Notes: generated by a model not told the origin, from the sequence alone. Shown: positions 22,645-38,605, numbered from the stretch's first letter. The stretch: DNA of 64,000 nt from Epiperipatus broadwayi (GCA_028023455.1 JAQFVV010000003.1:8618001-8682000), one strand, 5' to 3'. Numbers and translations are program-made.

Positions 22645-24199
22645 AATAAAAGCATTTATTATAAATTATTTTATATATATATCATTTTTAACTGTTTAGT
22701 ATTTGGATCATTTTCATAATTTTTGCAATTTTAATTAAATAAAAAATATAAACAATGTTGCAATCAGTGAAATATGTGAAAGAAAATCCCATATTGAATA
22801 CTGATTCCTAGAATCATATGGCTTGCTTACTGTTTGCCATATTTAATAGTAAGGAATACAATGTTTGTTTGACCTTAAAAATAATAGAGTGATAAATATA
22901 TACTCAAATGCTTTCAAATTCTTACCTAGGAACAAATGTAAACAAAATTTGACAGTATAATATTTTTCTGAATTCTACATTATGTCTGCATTAATTCACA
23001 ATGTTATTAATATCCAAAGCAAGCTTAGATTTTGATACAGTTATGTATAAAGTCCATAAATTGTAAATAAAGTACACATCTAACTACATAAATTTATTCT
23101 TTTATATAATTTGCTATTAATAAAATTTATTTTATAACAAAATAAAAATCGATTCCAATATTATTTTGTTTATGAAAAAAGTATTTAAAAAAAGGGAAAT
23201 TTTTATAATCAAGAGAAATTACAATTTAAAGCAACTTTTACAATCAAGAAAATGTAAGATTTGTTTTTAGTTCTATGTAAATTTATGTAAACACTTTTCA
23301 GTTTTAGTTCCTGATGTGATGCATTATGGTTTCTTCTTTCTTGGAGTCAGGAATTTCTCAGACATTGATTAATAATTTATATATATATACGTCCTCTTCT
23401 GCATATGATTGAACAGTTACTGAATCAATATCTACATGTTGAAATTTGTATCAACAACAGGATTAGATTATACAAAATACTTGACAATTCCAAAATATTT
23501 TATTATCATATTATATTGGCATTGATTTCTAACATGAGCAAAGACAACTGTCTCAAGAGCAATGTGAATGGTGTGACTGCACTATATTTCACATTTATCA
23601 GCTCCATGTCTGTGTATACACTACTTATGTGAAAATCAAAAAATAAAATAAAATAATTTATCACTTTTTAAATGGAAATACTTTTCCTTTTGCCAAAACT
23701 CTGTAATTTATAGGGATACACCTGACTATAACATTCTAAGTAAAACAACCAACTGTAGATGCATTGGTAATGTGATAACACATCTTTCAGTTACATACAA
23801 CATATAGACTAACTGTTTCATAAAATTATGGTCACATTGATGTGAAATGTGATGTATAAATAAGTTAATTAATTTTATAATATAGAATTTACTACACTTT
23901 AATTAATATTGTAATTATAAATAATATTTAATTTTTCAAATTTTGATATTAAAAGACTTTTTTTTCTGCATTTCCATAAAAAAAACTTGAAAATATGGCC
24001 TTAGTCATTTAGTGTTTGTTTTAAGATTAAAATACATATAATAAAATGAAACAAATTAATGTTTAAAGAAATAATTTTTGAAACAATAATTAAATAACTT
24101 AATAACAAGAATATTTATTTAATAATGTAAATGGAAATTTATTGTATTAGAAAATTTTTATTTTTTTTTGTTTCATAAGATTTTATAATTATGTTTTTA

Positions 24200-26770
24200 A
24201 AAAATCCTGCAAAATGGTTCATAGAGATAGGGATATAGGAATAAAGTATCTAAGTGGCTATGAAAAATTTAAAAGAAAAAGACAAAAAAAAGAAGTAATA
24301 GAAAAACAATAAAATGCTATTGTAAAATTTTCAAAAACTGATACTGTACTATCTATGCAACAAACTGGAGATTCATAGTGCTTATAGGTATTAAAAAATA
24401 AAACAGAAACTGTTGAAATGGATGAAACTATTTAGTTTGATATCAATAACTAAAATCATCAAGAGGCTAATCCTCATTTTAGTGAAAAGGAAAAAGTTGC
24501 TAAGAATATGTTAACTGAAGAAAGGGAATTCAAAAGTTGCTAAGAATAAGTTAATTGAAGTAAAGGAATTCAAATTCCAGCTCCTTAAAAATAATAAACT
24601 GGCAGATGAAATATACAATTTAACATCAATGTTCTTTGTCATCATAAAGCCAGTTACATTTCAAATGAAGAGCAACTAGTTGACAAGCTATCTGAAAACT
24701 GCAACTTCTTAATGATAAACCAAAAAATATTTTAGTTCAACAAAGACAAAAGAAATTTTGACATCAAAGAAAGCACATGGTCTGAATATATTACTGAAAA
24801 GTTTAAAATGATTATCATTCAAAATGGTGTGACCAAATAAAAATTATAACTTTCCAAAATATGTAAATAACAGGAGTTTCTATGAAAATTATTATCTAAG
24901 AAAATTAACAAATGGTTATCATCAAGAATGAAGATGGTTATATTATTCAAAGACCAAAAGTGCAACATGGTGTCATGCATGTAAAATGTCTTTTTCATGC
25001 ATTACTTTTTTGTGTTTAAATGGACTTAGGAATTAAAAACATTTAAATTCTTGATTATAAAGCCATAAAAAATCAGAATATCATGAAGCAATATACAAAT
25101 TATTACAGCTTGAAAAAAAATCTAATATTGGAAAAACTATTGACAAGGAATATGAAATAATAATTAGAAATGAAGCAATGTTTAAATAATGTATGCAAAT
25201 GAATAGTTTGTGCAATTTTGTATTTATAAAAATACAATCTGGTTTGCAGAGGCAGTAATGATTTTCATAAATCACAGAATGATAATTTTTTAGATTTAAT
25301 AAAATTAATTGCAAAATTTGACTTCCATTATGAAGCAGCATATGGAAAATTGCAAATATACAGGATCATATTCCTATTTTGTGTTTTTCTGAAAGTTTGT
25401 GATACAATTATTCCTATTTATTTCCTAAGATTCAAGATAAACTTATTTCCATTTTGTCTAAAAAAGTGAGAAGCAAAAAAGTAAAATTAGTGAAAAAAGC
25501 TAAATATTTCACAATTTTACTAGATTATACTCCAGATAGAAGCTACCAAGAGCAATTAGCTGTTGTTTAAAGACATATTGATATAAATGAATATGAAAAA
25601 CATGCAACTATTCATGAATGATTTATATGTTTTGAAACAGTAAAAGATTCTATGGGATAAGGGCTAGCTTCCAAAATAGAAAGTATATTAGAAACAAAGA
25701 GATTATATTTAGGAAATTGTTGAGAACAATAGTATGATAATGGGCCTAACATGATGGTAATTTATAAAGATGGGACACCACATATTCTTCAAAAAATTTC
25801 TAAAGCAATTTGAATTTAAATCCTGCAGACATTTCAAAATGATCTGCTCTTGCAATTTCATTTTTTGGAACATTACAATCTTTATACAATATTTTTTCAA
25901 GTTCTATAAAGCATTGGGATATACTGAAACAGTGTGCAAAACATTTTACTCCAAAACTTCTGTCAAAATTAGATGGTGATGTTATATTGAAAGTGTTTGT
26001 TCATGATTCAAAACAACTTTGGTAGACATAATAATGACATCAAAATAAAGTTTAAAATTAAGTCACTTGAAAATAAAACTTATTTCATTAAAATTTTTAA
26101 TGTCTTTAGTCATTCAGTATGACTTGCTAAATGAAGTAACATATAGTGAGTAAGATATTGGTATTACAAACTCACATTTGAGTATCAAGAGATGGGATTT
26201 AAATCTTTCTAGTGCAAAGGAAATTGCTACTGAACTGCAAGTGTTATCTGAATTTAGATAGAAAACAAACAATTTTTTTATGAAGGAAATGATCATCTGA
26301 GTCAAATTTAATACTTTTAAATTATAACTGATAATGCAATTACCTTATTTGTAAAAAGATCAAAATATACCATGAACATGAGACTTTTTTGATTTTTTGT
26401 ATAATTCTGACAACATTCAATTTGACTGAAAAGAAACTTTCTAAATGTTGTAAAGACTTAATTAGGTCCTTGAAAAATGTCATTGATTACATTGATTTAT
26501 TTAATTAAATTAAAATTTGTTGCTAAATATTGCTATCTAAGAACACAATTTTGAAAATTTTGCAATATTTATATAAAATAAATTAACTGAATTGAATTCA
26601 AATTTTGTTTATGTTCTCAAGCTGTAGCATCTGCAAAAAGATAATCAAAAATTATTTAAGATTTTGCACATGTAAAGAACACTTCTTTTCATTAGAAATT
26701 TTATTTATTAAATCAGAATTTGGAAAACAAATTTAAGTTATGATGATATTATTACCGAATTTGCAATAAA
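24200..26770 (+). pseudogene. Decayed hAT transposase (ZMYM1-like: TTF zinc finger, DUF4371-type region, dimerisation domain)
   Basis: KYLSGYEKFKRKRQK; RWLYYSKTKSATWCHACK; IQDKLI..KAKYFTILLDYTPDRSYQEQL; YDNGPNM; KNYLR..YDDIITEFA. Many stops. Confidence 0.85.
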
Positions 26771-28659
26771 ACATTATATATATTGTGAGCCTGTGCTACT
26801 GCACATGGTGCTATTTAAATGCTGTGCATAAGTGTTTATGCTATTTTTTAAAAAAAAAAATGAGAAGAAAGAAATTTGATAAAATTTATTGTAATATAAA
26901 AATAAGTGTGAATTATGTTATCTAAGTTTTGCTTAATTGATGTAAATACTTTTAAGAGAGGCTTTAACCTACATCAAATGCACCTTGAAATTTATAATAG
27001 TTAAGCAATATCTTTATTTTGCCAATACAGTGATCTCTCAAACCACAACACAAGATAACGACTTTTATAAAGATAAGAGCAGCCATCTTATCTTTAACCT
27101 AACTTTCCACTTATATAGGGCAATCTGAAGCATCTTGATTTGGGAGTGTGAAGCTGATTAATTAGTCTATTCAAATAAATATAAGTACTTAGTATACAAT
27201 TTTAGTGACATAAAGATTATAACAATAGATAGCTTTAATATTTAATAAATAAATATGCTTATAAAATAAGAATTAGAGCTAAGCTCATGCTTAGTTTTAA
27301 AAAAAGTTAATCATGTGCACACTAGAAAAAAAGGTTATATAGAATTATGCTAGAATATGATAGAAGAATGAATCGCTACTTTTTTTTAATGCTAGAATAT
27401 GTTAGATTGAAATGCGCACCAGGGAATGTTGTATTGAATCATTTTTGTTTAGCAACAATGCGATCAAGCGGGATATGATGGCTATTTGATGACTACCTTT
27501 ATATATAATGTAAGACTGATTAAGGTAATTTTTATGTTTAGAAAATTATAAACTAGTTGGTGAATTTATTAATGATATAATATTATTGTTAAATTTATTA
27601 TCAGAATTGATTAACAATTTGTTTAAGTTATTATATTATTATAGCTCAAAATATTTGAATAAAGTTAGTCTATTTAATAAAGAAATATTAAAGTTAGTTA
27701 CAAATGCTTAGGTTAACTATTAAACAGATTAACATGTAAAAGGACATAAAATAAGTTCCAGTGTGTGTGGATATAAGTGGGTATGCATGTATGTTGGTTG
27801 ATAAAATATTATTTATTATAAGTGAATTTACTTTGAGTTTATTTATTTCTTTAAGAATATTTATAATTAATTCAGTATTAAAAATGTTTAAAATAAATAA
27901 GTTTAAGAGCTTCTTATAAATTAAAAGTGATAATTCATAAAGGCAATAATTTAAAAATAATGATAATTGTATTATTCATTTTATTGTTTTATTTTTATTA
28001 TTAAATAAGTTTAAAAATAAAGGTTAATTTGAATTATCACTTGATAAGTGGAAATACATCAATATGATGTAATTTTAATTTAGTTCTTGACTGTAATATA
28101 TATAGTTTATGTTAGAGGTCAGAAATAATGGTGTGGCTAATTAAAATGCCCATCAAAATAAAAAGATAGAAATAGAAGATTTTTAATGTGTGGGGGTGCT
28201 CTCAACTCAACTTGACTCTTCTCTCCTTTCCAAAGAATCCTTAACAAAAATACAGTAAAATTTAGTTTAAATTTTATTCTAAATTTAAAAATGATAATTT
28301 TTATAAACTCTTATTATTTATTGAGTAATAATAAAACAAACAAAAACAAGAAGGTGTTAAGTTTTTTTACGCATAGCCTAATCAGGAAACTTTTTTAAAA
28401 AAATAGCAAAATTCTTAAGAATCTATTGAATAATTATAACCAATTGTGTGTGAATTGATACTTAAAGAAAATCCAGGTAATATGTTTTCTGTTATCTTTT
28501 CAAAACTATATAATGAACTCTGTACTGAGCCATCTATATTGTTTAATTCTCCGCCTTTAGTGAAATAATATTACATTTCATTGTTGATAGACTTTTAATA
28601 TTTAAGTTATTAATAAAACCTTAAATAGACAACAAAAAGAACCATCAAAAGAAAAAACA

Positions 28660-29330
28660 ATTATTGGTACTGTAGTGTACCCATACATTCCAAAATAGAC
28701 AAATTAAAGAAAATCTGCAATCAGTATAATATCAGAACACCTTTCCATAGCCACACCACACTATTAAGAATTCTAACATCTACAAAGACTAAACTTGAAA
28801 TGCTGAAAAGAAAAAACTGAATCTATGAAATACCATGTAAATGTGAAAGAATATACATTGGTGAGACCAGTCATCCCATTGAAAAGCACATGAAAGAACA
28901 CAAACTGATGATTCAAAGAGAGAAAACATGTGTCTAAGGTAGCAGACCATGTATGTACCAATGAACATATGTTCAACTGGGAAAAAGAGGAAAAGGTACA
29001 AAAAAGAAAATTGAAAGGTGTTTACAGGATAATGGCAAACAATGCCATAAGTAAAACTAGTATCACTATACATAATGTATGGGAACCACTGATCAACTTT
29101 GTTCTTAGGAAAAAGTGGAGAAATCAGGAGGAACCTCATAGATAAATATATGAAATTTCTACTGACTGTTGCCTTTGGGAGGTTGGCTCAGTTGGTTAGA
29201 GTGCTATCTTAAAATCCAATACTCAAGAATCTAAGGATCCATGTTCAAATACCATGCTAGTACTGTCACTGGTCAGGCCAACAACACCTGAAGAAGAAAA
29301 GGAGATTAATACCTCTTGAAACATTGTGCA
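28660..29330 (+). mobile_element. PLE 3' fragment (linker + GIY-YIG) of a different family, with a tRNA-like segment and degenerate HHR in its 3' region
   Basis: VVYPYIPK...IYEIPCKCERIYIGETSHPIEKHMKEHK (28,821-28,904). A box 29,184-29,195, B box 29,243-29,252; CTGAAGA at 29,288 ... GAAACATTGTG. Confidence 0.82.
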
Positions 29331-32300
29331 TTTACTAAAGAAAATATCTCATATAATATATCTGCTGCTAAGATAAATTAACAAAACAAGATATAGCAAA
29401 CTATCAAATAGATGTATACATAAATGAAAATGGATTTAAACCTAGTATGGCTATTTTGTGTATCATTTATCTTTGGAAGGTCATGAATGCTTATGTTATT
29501 TGAAAATATCACAAATTATTGATGCGTTGTTTCTAAAAATGATTTGCTGATAAAAGAACATTATTTCACACATCAGGTAGCTCATTGTGGAGGATTTCAG
29601 ATAAAGAACTATGAGTGTTTTTAAAAAAATTTTTTTTTAAATTTCTTTTATTATTATGCAAAAGTGTTTTTTTAAGACATGATAAAATGTATGCATCTTA
29701 ATATTCTGTCAATTAAGGTAAAATTCATACATTTTATTTTATTTTTGCTTAAAGCAAAGTATATATGATATACATGTCCAGGTAAAGATATCTATTTCTT
29801 TACATTGTTAGTAATATTTTATTAATATACAATTTATCTATTTGTAGGCAAACAGCCAAAATCTGGTTTATCAGAAGCTTGTAAAAATTTTCAACTATTA
29901 TAGTATAATAATTATATTATGAGGTTATCAATATGACAAGGTATTTATCTTTATTATCTTTATTAATTTTCATTTGCTATTTATGTCATTTTAGTTTTAA
30001 AATTTTATGCTGCTATTATCCAGATATGTGTACTTCTTATTATTTGCAGACTCTATTATGCTATTTAAAGTATTTTTAAAGTCAATTTGACTTGTAGTTA
30101 TTTGTTGGTTTTGTGCATTATTTATTATATGTATTTTAGAGATAAAAATTTTATTTCTCTAGTTTTCCAGTGATAATTTTTTTTTATCTTGCCATGGTTA
30201 TGCCAAGGATGTATGCTGATCCATTTTTATAATTGTGGGATGCACGTTGTTTTTTTTAACATTGTGTTCTAATTATTTTGACCATTGGAGGATTTGGGCA
30301 TTGTTCTCCCCAATGTTTGGTATTTCTTTTCATGAGAGGATTATATTTAATTATTGTCTTTTGTATTTAACTAGCATAGCTATATCCTTAGATAGGATTT
30401 TTCTTTGCTTCATATTTCATTTTCCATGTATCAGGACCTTGTCCACACATATATTTACCTGAGAAAAGGTGATATGCCATTTCTTATTTCTCTAATATAT
30501 AGTTGTGGCTCTGAGAAGTCTTTTCCTCATGAAGATATCAAGTTTGTATTCCACTCTGTGAGGTGAAGTTAATGTATGTGTTAAAATTGTCATGGCAATT
30601 GATAAGTTTGAATTTGAAGTGTATAGTTGCTTCAAGGACTCTTTTTGATTTATCATGTATAATAAAGTAAAGTAATGAATGTATTGTACTGTTGTGCCTC
30701 ACCAGCAGTTTACAAGAAAGCTAGCAAATATATTTAGTAATTTTAATGTTAATATATGAGACTAGCATAATAAGAGATACATCTATATATTATTATCAGT
30801 ATTACCATCCAGAAGTAGTTCACCGATGGACTGGTAAGTCAATTAAAGCATTTTCTAATTTATTATGTGAACATGGGCAAAATCTAGTATGTTGTGTGTA
30901 TGGCTTCAGAACAGTTTTCCCTTTTATTGTTATTAAGTTAACAAAATGCCAGATAATAGTTTTTTTTATTTATGTCTTGTCTGATAATTAATATTATCAT
31001 GACAATGTGCTGACGTGTATAGCCATATATCGGTTAAGGATTAAGTTTTTAATTCTAATTTTATTTTTAATGCTATAAATAGAGTATTATTAGTTGATAA
31101 GCTAATCAATAGTAGCCCCCTGGACATCAAAGTATAACTCAGATATTATTGTAATTTGTATATTTTAAAAGCTTTAGTAAATGATTATTCAATAACAATA
31201 GAATAACATGAAGTTTATGTTCGAAAGTAAGATAACAGGATAGAAAATTGTTCTTGCTTTAAAATGTGTGTATCATAAAATAAAATAGTGTTTAGCCAAA
31301 TTAGATGTTTAGCTAAAAATTAAGTTTGATTAACAAAACCACCCAAATGTTTGTATAACTAATAGATTGATTTGCAAGAGTGTAGGTGAGTATTTTTGCT
31401 TATGATTTATGCATCTTATACTCCAAAGCAACTCCTATGTTTGTAAAATTTTTGTTATTATATCTTGTAAAAAGTAAATTGATGTTAACTATCAATAAAT
31501 GTGTTTTATTACTGTTAAAATAAGATACAGATCCAAATTTAAAAATGCAAAGTTGCATAAGAATCACAATTCCAAAGATTGGAGTTGCATTTAAAATAAG
31601 AATATTTATTTGATTTACTTTGAAATAATTTTTCATTTAACACTGCATATTATTTAATTATTCTACAAATGAAAATTACATTATTTCAAAAATTGATTTT
31701 AAATGATGTTGTTGATGAGTATTAGAATGACATAAAAGATATCAATTTCTTTTTAGACACTGGAATGTCATCCTGGGTAAAAGACTGATTTTTCCAAATT
31801 ATTATGTATTTGTTAGTTAAATTAAATAGTGCCTTAATTAATTATTGTTATTATTATAGTATGTTGGGAATACATTAGCTTATAAAAGAAGTGTATGTCT
31901 CCTTTAGTCTACTAGGATGTCATTCATTTATTCAACAACAGAATATGATAATTAATACTTAAAATTATTAAGTAAAAAACCCTGAGATTTTATCCAAATT
32001 ATTTTTATTGTTATAAATATCAATAGTGTGGCATTAACAAGTCAATTATAGTTTAATGTACTATAAGAAAGATACATTAACTTGTACTTTATAAGAGTTA
32101 TTTCAGATCCGATCATGGCAATAATCTTTATTTGGTGATTAACATTTGTTTTCAAGATATCTAAAGAGAGTATAATAGAAGAGATTTCTTTTAGTATCCT
32201 GTATGATATGCAAAGTACCTATCCTACTTGGGGATGTGTATAAGAGTGAGTGAGGATTCTCCTCTTCTTAATTTGTTTGTCTATTATGATAATATGCATT

Positions 32301-32810
32301 TTGTCATTATTTTAATTCCTTTTTATTTTAATGCATGCCTCAGTAGTCAATATAATTATAACACATAACCTACTGAGCTTAGCCATAGGAGATCATCATC
32401 ATCAGGATGGTGCAGCATATCATGTAAAGTTGGTTGATCCTCAGGTTAGAGTTTATCTAGCTCGCTGGTTAATCATTAGTTAATATATATTTATAATTGT
32501 ATGCATTTTGTTTTATTTTTTCAAATATAAACATCACATCAGACTCACATTTTTTTCTGTTGGTTCTGTTAACAAAATTTGAAGGAAATCTATTTGATAG
32601 AAGTATTTAAAACTAAAGTTCAAAATTTACTCTAAAGAAATGAACAGTTTTTAAGTAAACCATGTGCTCCATTTATGTTGACATGATGACACTTCCACAT
32701 TAATTAAAAACAATTTTTAAAAAAATAAAATAAATTGTTGATTGAAAATCCATGTTATTCAAGCATTGAAATGAAAAGCTGAGTGTATATTTCTATTCTG
32801 ACTGATCAAT

Positions 32811-32811
<1 letters not shown>

Positions 32812-32855
<44 letters not shown>
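32812..32855. repeat. (CA)n(TA)n microsatellite
   Basis: Direct reading. Confidence 0.95.
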
Positions 32856-32856
<1 letters not shown>

Positions 32857-35800
32857 TCTAACTGTGCCTTTGTGCATCCTCACTTCAGAATAGTATATGA
32901 TATAAATAAAATGGGTTCTAGCTCAGTTAATAATTAATAAATAAAATATTCAGCATTAAAATTAAATATTTCACTAGCTCAAACTTAAAATACGAATAAG
33001 GTTCAGTTTATAAAAATAAATTAAATAAATATTTAATATTTTCATGAGACTTGAAGTGAAAATACAGGTGACAAGATAGATTACATTGAGCCAATATCCT
33101 ACAGGATACTACCTCAATGGCATAAGAACACTATCCCCCCTTATTACTATTTCAAATAACAAACTCATAGTATTCTTACGACTTTAATAACTTCTACTCA
33201 CTAAGATTAAGCTAATAATTACATCTTAATCTTCTATTTATAATAATTTAGCTTTATAAAATCTCAGGTTCATAAATTTATTCTAAGTTAATTTAAAATT
33301 ACAGTAGTAAAATATGAGAAGGGATTTTTATGTCATAATCTACTACACTTAAACTAATAATAATAAAATAATAATAATATTCTTCATTGTATAACTAACT
33401 CTGTATATCTTTTCTTTTCATTATATTTTTATTACCATAATAAAATAATCAAATAATATAATATAATCTTTTATCTTCATGTAATAATATAACAACTACA
33501 TGGTAGCATTTGATAATCTGACAAACAAAAGTGTGTGGCAACTGATAGCATATAATTCAATGTACTATTATGATAACTACTTTATGACCAATAAAATAAT
33601 GTAAAATTATGATTATTTAATTAAAAGAATACCAATAAAATATTTAAATTCTTAAAATAATTCTCTATTTATCTTTTTGTGCAAAATTATATGTTTGTTT
33701 CAATTATTATGAATATATCGTGATTTCATGCAGTGAAGTGGAGAAATAAACAATTCAGGCACAAAATTTTTTAAAAAACAAATTTTAACAAAGTTTATTA
33801 ATAACAACAAAATAAAATAAACAATTTATGTACAATGGATATCCTTATTTTATACTTTACATTTTTATTTACTGGGTTATAAAAATAATTTATATTTAGT
33901 TATATCTTTATTTAGACTTAAGACAAAATAAAAATGTTACCATTTGGTTTCTCTTTATGCTTAACTTATTACAAATATATTTATTTATTTTATTAACAAA
34001 ATATTCCATCCTTAATATTATTAAACTATATTTTTCTTAAAACACATTCGTAGGAAAAACATTCTACCGAAAACAAAATTAACATTATAATGAGTATGGA
34101 TTTCTTAAAATATTAAAACAAATTTCATCTTGCAATGTCAAAGATGTTACATAAAATATTTATCCAAAAATTCATTACTAGATTTTAGTGGATATCATTT
34201 ATCACATGATGTTTACTAATCATAACATATTCTTATTTAGCCTTACTTTGGTATGATATAAGTGTAATCATCAATATATTCCTGTTATTCAATAAAAAGA
34301 AAATATACTATGCATATTCCTTACATCATTTACTTTGTACTATTGTATTTTAAAAATATGCAATACTTATTTTTTTAAATAATAATAAAGCATTCAAAAA
34401 TTATTAACATTTTAAAGAAAATATCTTTGTTTAGATACTCTATTCTAAAAAATTATATTTCATTTCCAAAATAAATTCAAAATATATTCTATGATTCTTT
34501 CCTTTCCTTTAGGAGATTGGACCTTCAATTTCAAGTTATAAAATTCTGTTCCTTATAAGCAAATAAACCAATCTTATACAAAACGATAGCATAACCTAAG
34601 CTCTAAATTATTTACCATTTCTTTTCAAAATATCTTACTAAATGATGCAGTTACATGAAATAAAGATAGCGAAATAGATGCATAGGATTTAAGGAAGAAA
34701 GCTAGAGTATCACTCATAACATATCTCAAAATCATGGCACAGTGCATTAACAAGAAATAGAGGTATGACCTTTACCTGTCTAATATCCTCTAGTACATAA
34801 ACGATGTTAAAGCTATTCCTTCAGCTTTATTAGAACATCAAATATTTAAAGAAATATAAACACTGTCCAAATAAAATGTGTACCAGTCATAGGGCTTTGT
34901 TAACTATGCTGATATCTACACAAAGACTATAAGTATTATTCACATTCCTTATAACATCCTATTTTTAAAAAACATCATCTTGGTTTCCTGTCTACCCAAG
35001 TACTTCCAAGCCACTATCTCACTATTATTTCTCGAGATTTTCCACATCTTACATCGATAAATAACTATCTGCATTTACAAAAACAATAAATAAAATTCAC
35101 TGATAGTTAAAAAACAATCTCACTGTTCCACAAGAAAAGTTTGCTTATTTCATTATTCTGTATGTTTAATCATATACAATCTAATCAGATAATATTTGAA
35201 TATCCAATAACATGAAAGTTTTAAAAGAATCACATAAATATTTGTTACTATGTTGGATTATATCACTAATATAAAAATCATTGTATGCATATTTTCAAAT
35301 CAATCCTATCTCATAATGTTTTTAAAATGTTGTATGAAAAATGCGTTTACATTTATAATTAAAACATTTATACTCCATTCTCACTATTCATAGATAATCT
35401 AAAAGAAAACAAAGAATATACATTATAAATTATTAATATTCATTATCATTACCAAATAACCTTTATCTGGTCATCATGTTCAGTAGGCTTCCTTCATCCA
35501 CTAGATACCGAGCATTGCATACATAAAGAAAATATACATCCATACACTTTATCCAAAATATTCTTATCTAAATTATTAGATTATTATATTATAAAATTAT
35601 ATGTTATTAACAAATTAATGTTTTATGTTTTCCTAGTCTTATAAAAAATAGAAAATTTACATTTAACTAAGTTAATAAAATAAAATCAAAACTATAATTA
35701 CTTATTTCTTCCATTAACTTTTCTTGACAAACAGTTCATGATAAAGTTCGAAAATGTTTATTACTTTCTCTAGAGTTAAAGTTTAAAAATAAAAAAATAT

Positions 35801-37809
35801 TATTAATCCATTTTAGTAAAGTTTATAGAAAATAATCTCAGGTTTTTACTGTTCAGAATGATAATTATTAAACTGTAATATTAAAGAATTATTCCCACGA
35901 AGTTTATTCAATATTCTCTGCTGGCGCATCTGATGCATCACTCCATCCAATTTAACTTAAGTTATCCAGTAAACTTTTACGTACTATATTTTGTATCTTC
36001 ATGGATCCACCTTTTATTCGTCTACTATATGTTCATTTTTTTTTACATAGGTTTTATTTCTTAATAAAGTTCTTTAAAACAAATACTTCTAAAGATGTGT
36101 TTTTTTTAAAGTACTTCTGAGACAAGAAGTTTTATATATCACAATGCTTAAGTAAAATCTTCTCTGTAAGCTCTTTCTTTAATTCTTGCAAAAAAATATT
36201 TTTTTAAAAAAATGTTTCCTTCAAAAAGGACTAAACATTTTATTCCTTTCATTATGATATTCTATAAATAATTCATAAGATATAAGTATCTTATTCTTTT
36301 TTTAAACTCTTGGATAAGCTTATAAATAATAATGCGTCTCCAATTTTTTTTTAGATGGCAAATAGCTTTCCATTGCATCTGTATAATATCCATTCTGTGG
36401 TTTTTTATATACCAAAACAGTTCTCCAGTGAAGCATTAATAAAATAGTATCAATAAACATTCTATGCATTTCTATATTATTATAATTTATATACATTTTA
36501 TTTCATAGTATATCCATTTTTCATTGCAAAATTTTAGGTTAAACTTAAATAAAATACTCCTGGTAAGCAAACTGTTAAAACTTAGCAAATCATTTTCACG
36601 AAGTTTCTAAAATATATTATATTTTAAACTCTCTTTTGCAAAATACTTTTTAAAAAATATCAATTAGTTTTTGCAAATAAAACTATAAAATTGTACGAGA
36701 GTACAAAATTGACTAAATAAAAAATATAAAATTTAATATCACCTTTATAGCTTCTGATATATTTTAATCTGACCCTTTTATCACCCCCGTGCAATGATAT
36801 TTATATTCCAGAAAATACATCATTTGATTGGTTGATTCTCACTTTTAGTTTGAGATCAAATTTACATATTTTCAGTTTTACAGAATTAAATTTTAAAAAT
36901 AAAAATTATGACGTAATAAAACTTAAAAATATTATTTAAAATATAACTTTTAATTCAATTATTATTTTTATTTAAATTATTTGAACATTTAAAATAACTT
37001 TTAAAATAATTTTAAATAACCTATTCCACTCTTAATATTCAATTTATCTATTTTTATTTAAACAAAATATTTAATTTTTATTATAACTGTATTCGTCTTT
37101 ATAATACTACTTTAAAACATTTTAGAAACATTTTATACCAACTATTTAATATTCACTTCTATGATAGATAGTAATTATATTCAGTTCTATAATACAACTT
37201 TTAAATATTTAAAACTTTGTTATTAATTCAAACAAGCGTGTGTGTTTAACCATGTATTAAAAGTCACATGATCAATATAAAATTGAGACAGACAATTTTC
37301 AATCTATTTCTCTGTCTAGATTAATAAAATTGCAATACTTTATTATATTAAATAGCATAATTATAAAAAATTGGAAAAATAATTTAGAAAATCTAGAATT
37401 AAATATAATTTTCACTATCATAAAGTTTACTTTTAAAATATATAATATTAATTTTGACTATTAAAGATGATTTATAAATTTAAAAATAACATTTATTAAC
37501 TATAAGTATTAAAACTATTAAAATTTAACATTTAAATATACCTTTAAATATTTATAGCTGAATTATTTAATATGGTTAGCTTTTGCAACCATATGCAACA
37601 ATATTTAAAGGTTTACATAACTATTTTTAAATGATTTGCTATAATTTTATATACTACGTATTTTGTTTAGCTTCAAACTATACTTTAAAGATATAATTAT
37701 CAAAATATAATCAACATATTAAAATAACATATTCTAAAATTTAAAATTTTTAATAATTTACTGTAATTGATTATTTATGACCTATAGAAAAGGGCACAAT
37801 ATATATATA

Positions 37810-38181
37810 TCCAAAAACACCCCCCCCCCCCCCAAAAAACCCCCCCCCCCCCCCCCCACCAAACACAAAATTATAAAAAATTTTTTTTTTTTTAATTTTA
37901 TAAAAAAAAAAAAAAAAAAAAAAAACCCCCAAAAAAAAGCCAAAAAAGAAAAAACCCACCAAAAAACACACACCCAACAAAAAAAAAAAAAACTTTAAAA
38001 AAAAAAATAAGAGAAATTTTTTAATATTTATTTCCTATCCCCCCCCCCCCCCCAAGAAAAAACACCAAAGAAAAAAGCAGAGGGGGGGGGGAGGAAAAGA
38101 AAAAAGAAGAATTTTTTTTTTTTTTTTTTTTTTATTAAAAAAAAATAATTCAAATTTTTGTGGGGTGGGGTTGGGGGAACG

Positions 38182-38215
<34 letters not shown>

Positions 38216-38605
38216 TGTGTGAATTAATTTTTTTTTTTTTTTTAAATATTTTTATAAAATTTTTTTTAAAAATTATATTTTTGAAAAATTTTTTGATAAT
38301 TTGTTTATTAGAAGAGAAAACAAACCCAAAAAAATCTTCTTGTTGGGGAGGGGGAGGTGGAAGTTATGACCGGGGAAAAAAAAAACTCGCAACCAATAAA
38401 AAAAGAATTGTTTTAAAAAAAAAAAGGGAGGGGGGTTGTTTTTGTTTTTATATTCTCTCCCCCCCCCCAAAGAGAAGAACCCCACCACAAAAAAAGCGGG
38501 TGAGGGGGGGGGAAAGAGAGAGAGAGAGTTTTTTTTTTTCTTTTTTTTTTTTATTTAAAAAAAACCTATCCTATTTTTGGGGGGGGTTGGGGTAACCCCT
38601 TTTTG
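37810..38605. other. Homopolymer-dominated low-quality sequence, probable base-calling/assembly artefact
   Basis: Long A/T/C/G runs with composition unlike the flanks; bounded on both sides by (AT)n. Confidence 0.75.

Noticed and set aside
23800-23860. Minus-strand GAAACAGTTAGTC resembling an HHR 3' half
   Set aside because: No NUGANNA core or stem I partner upstream.
37771-38595. Poly-K/F/G/P ORFs and G/C-run (G4-like) region
   Set aside because: Homopolymer noise between (AT)n tracts; typical of long-read base-calling failure.
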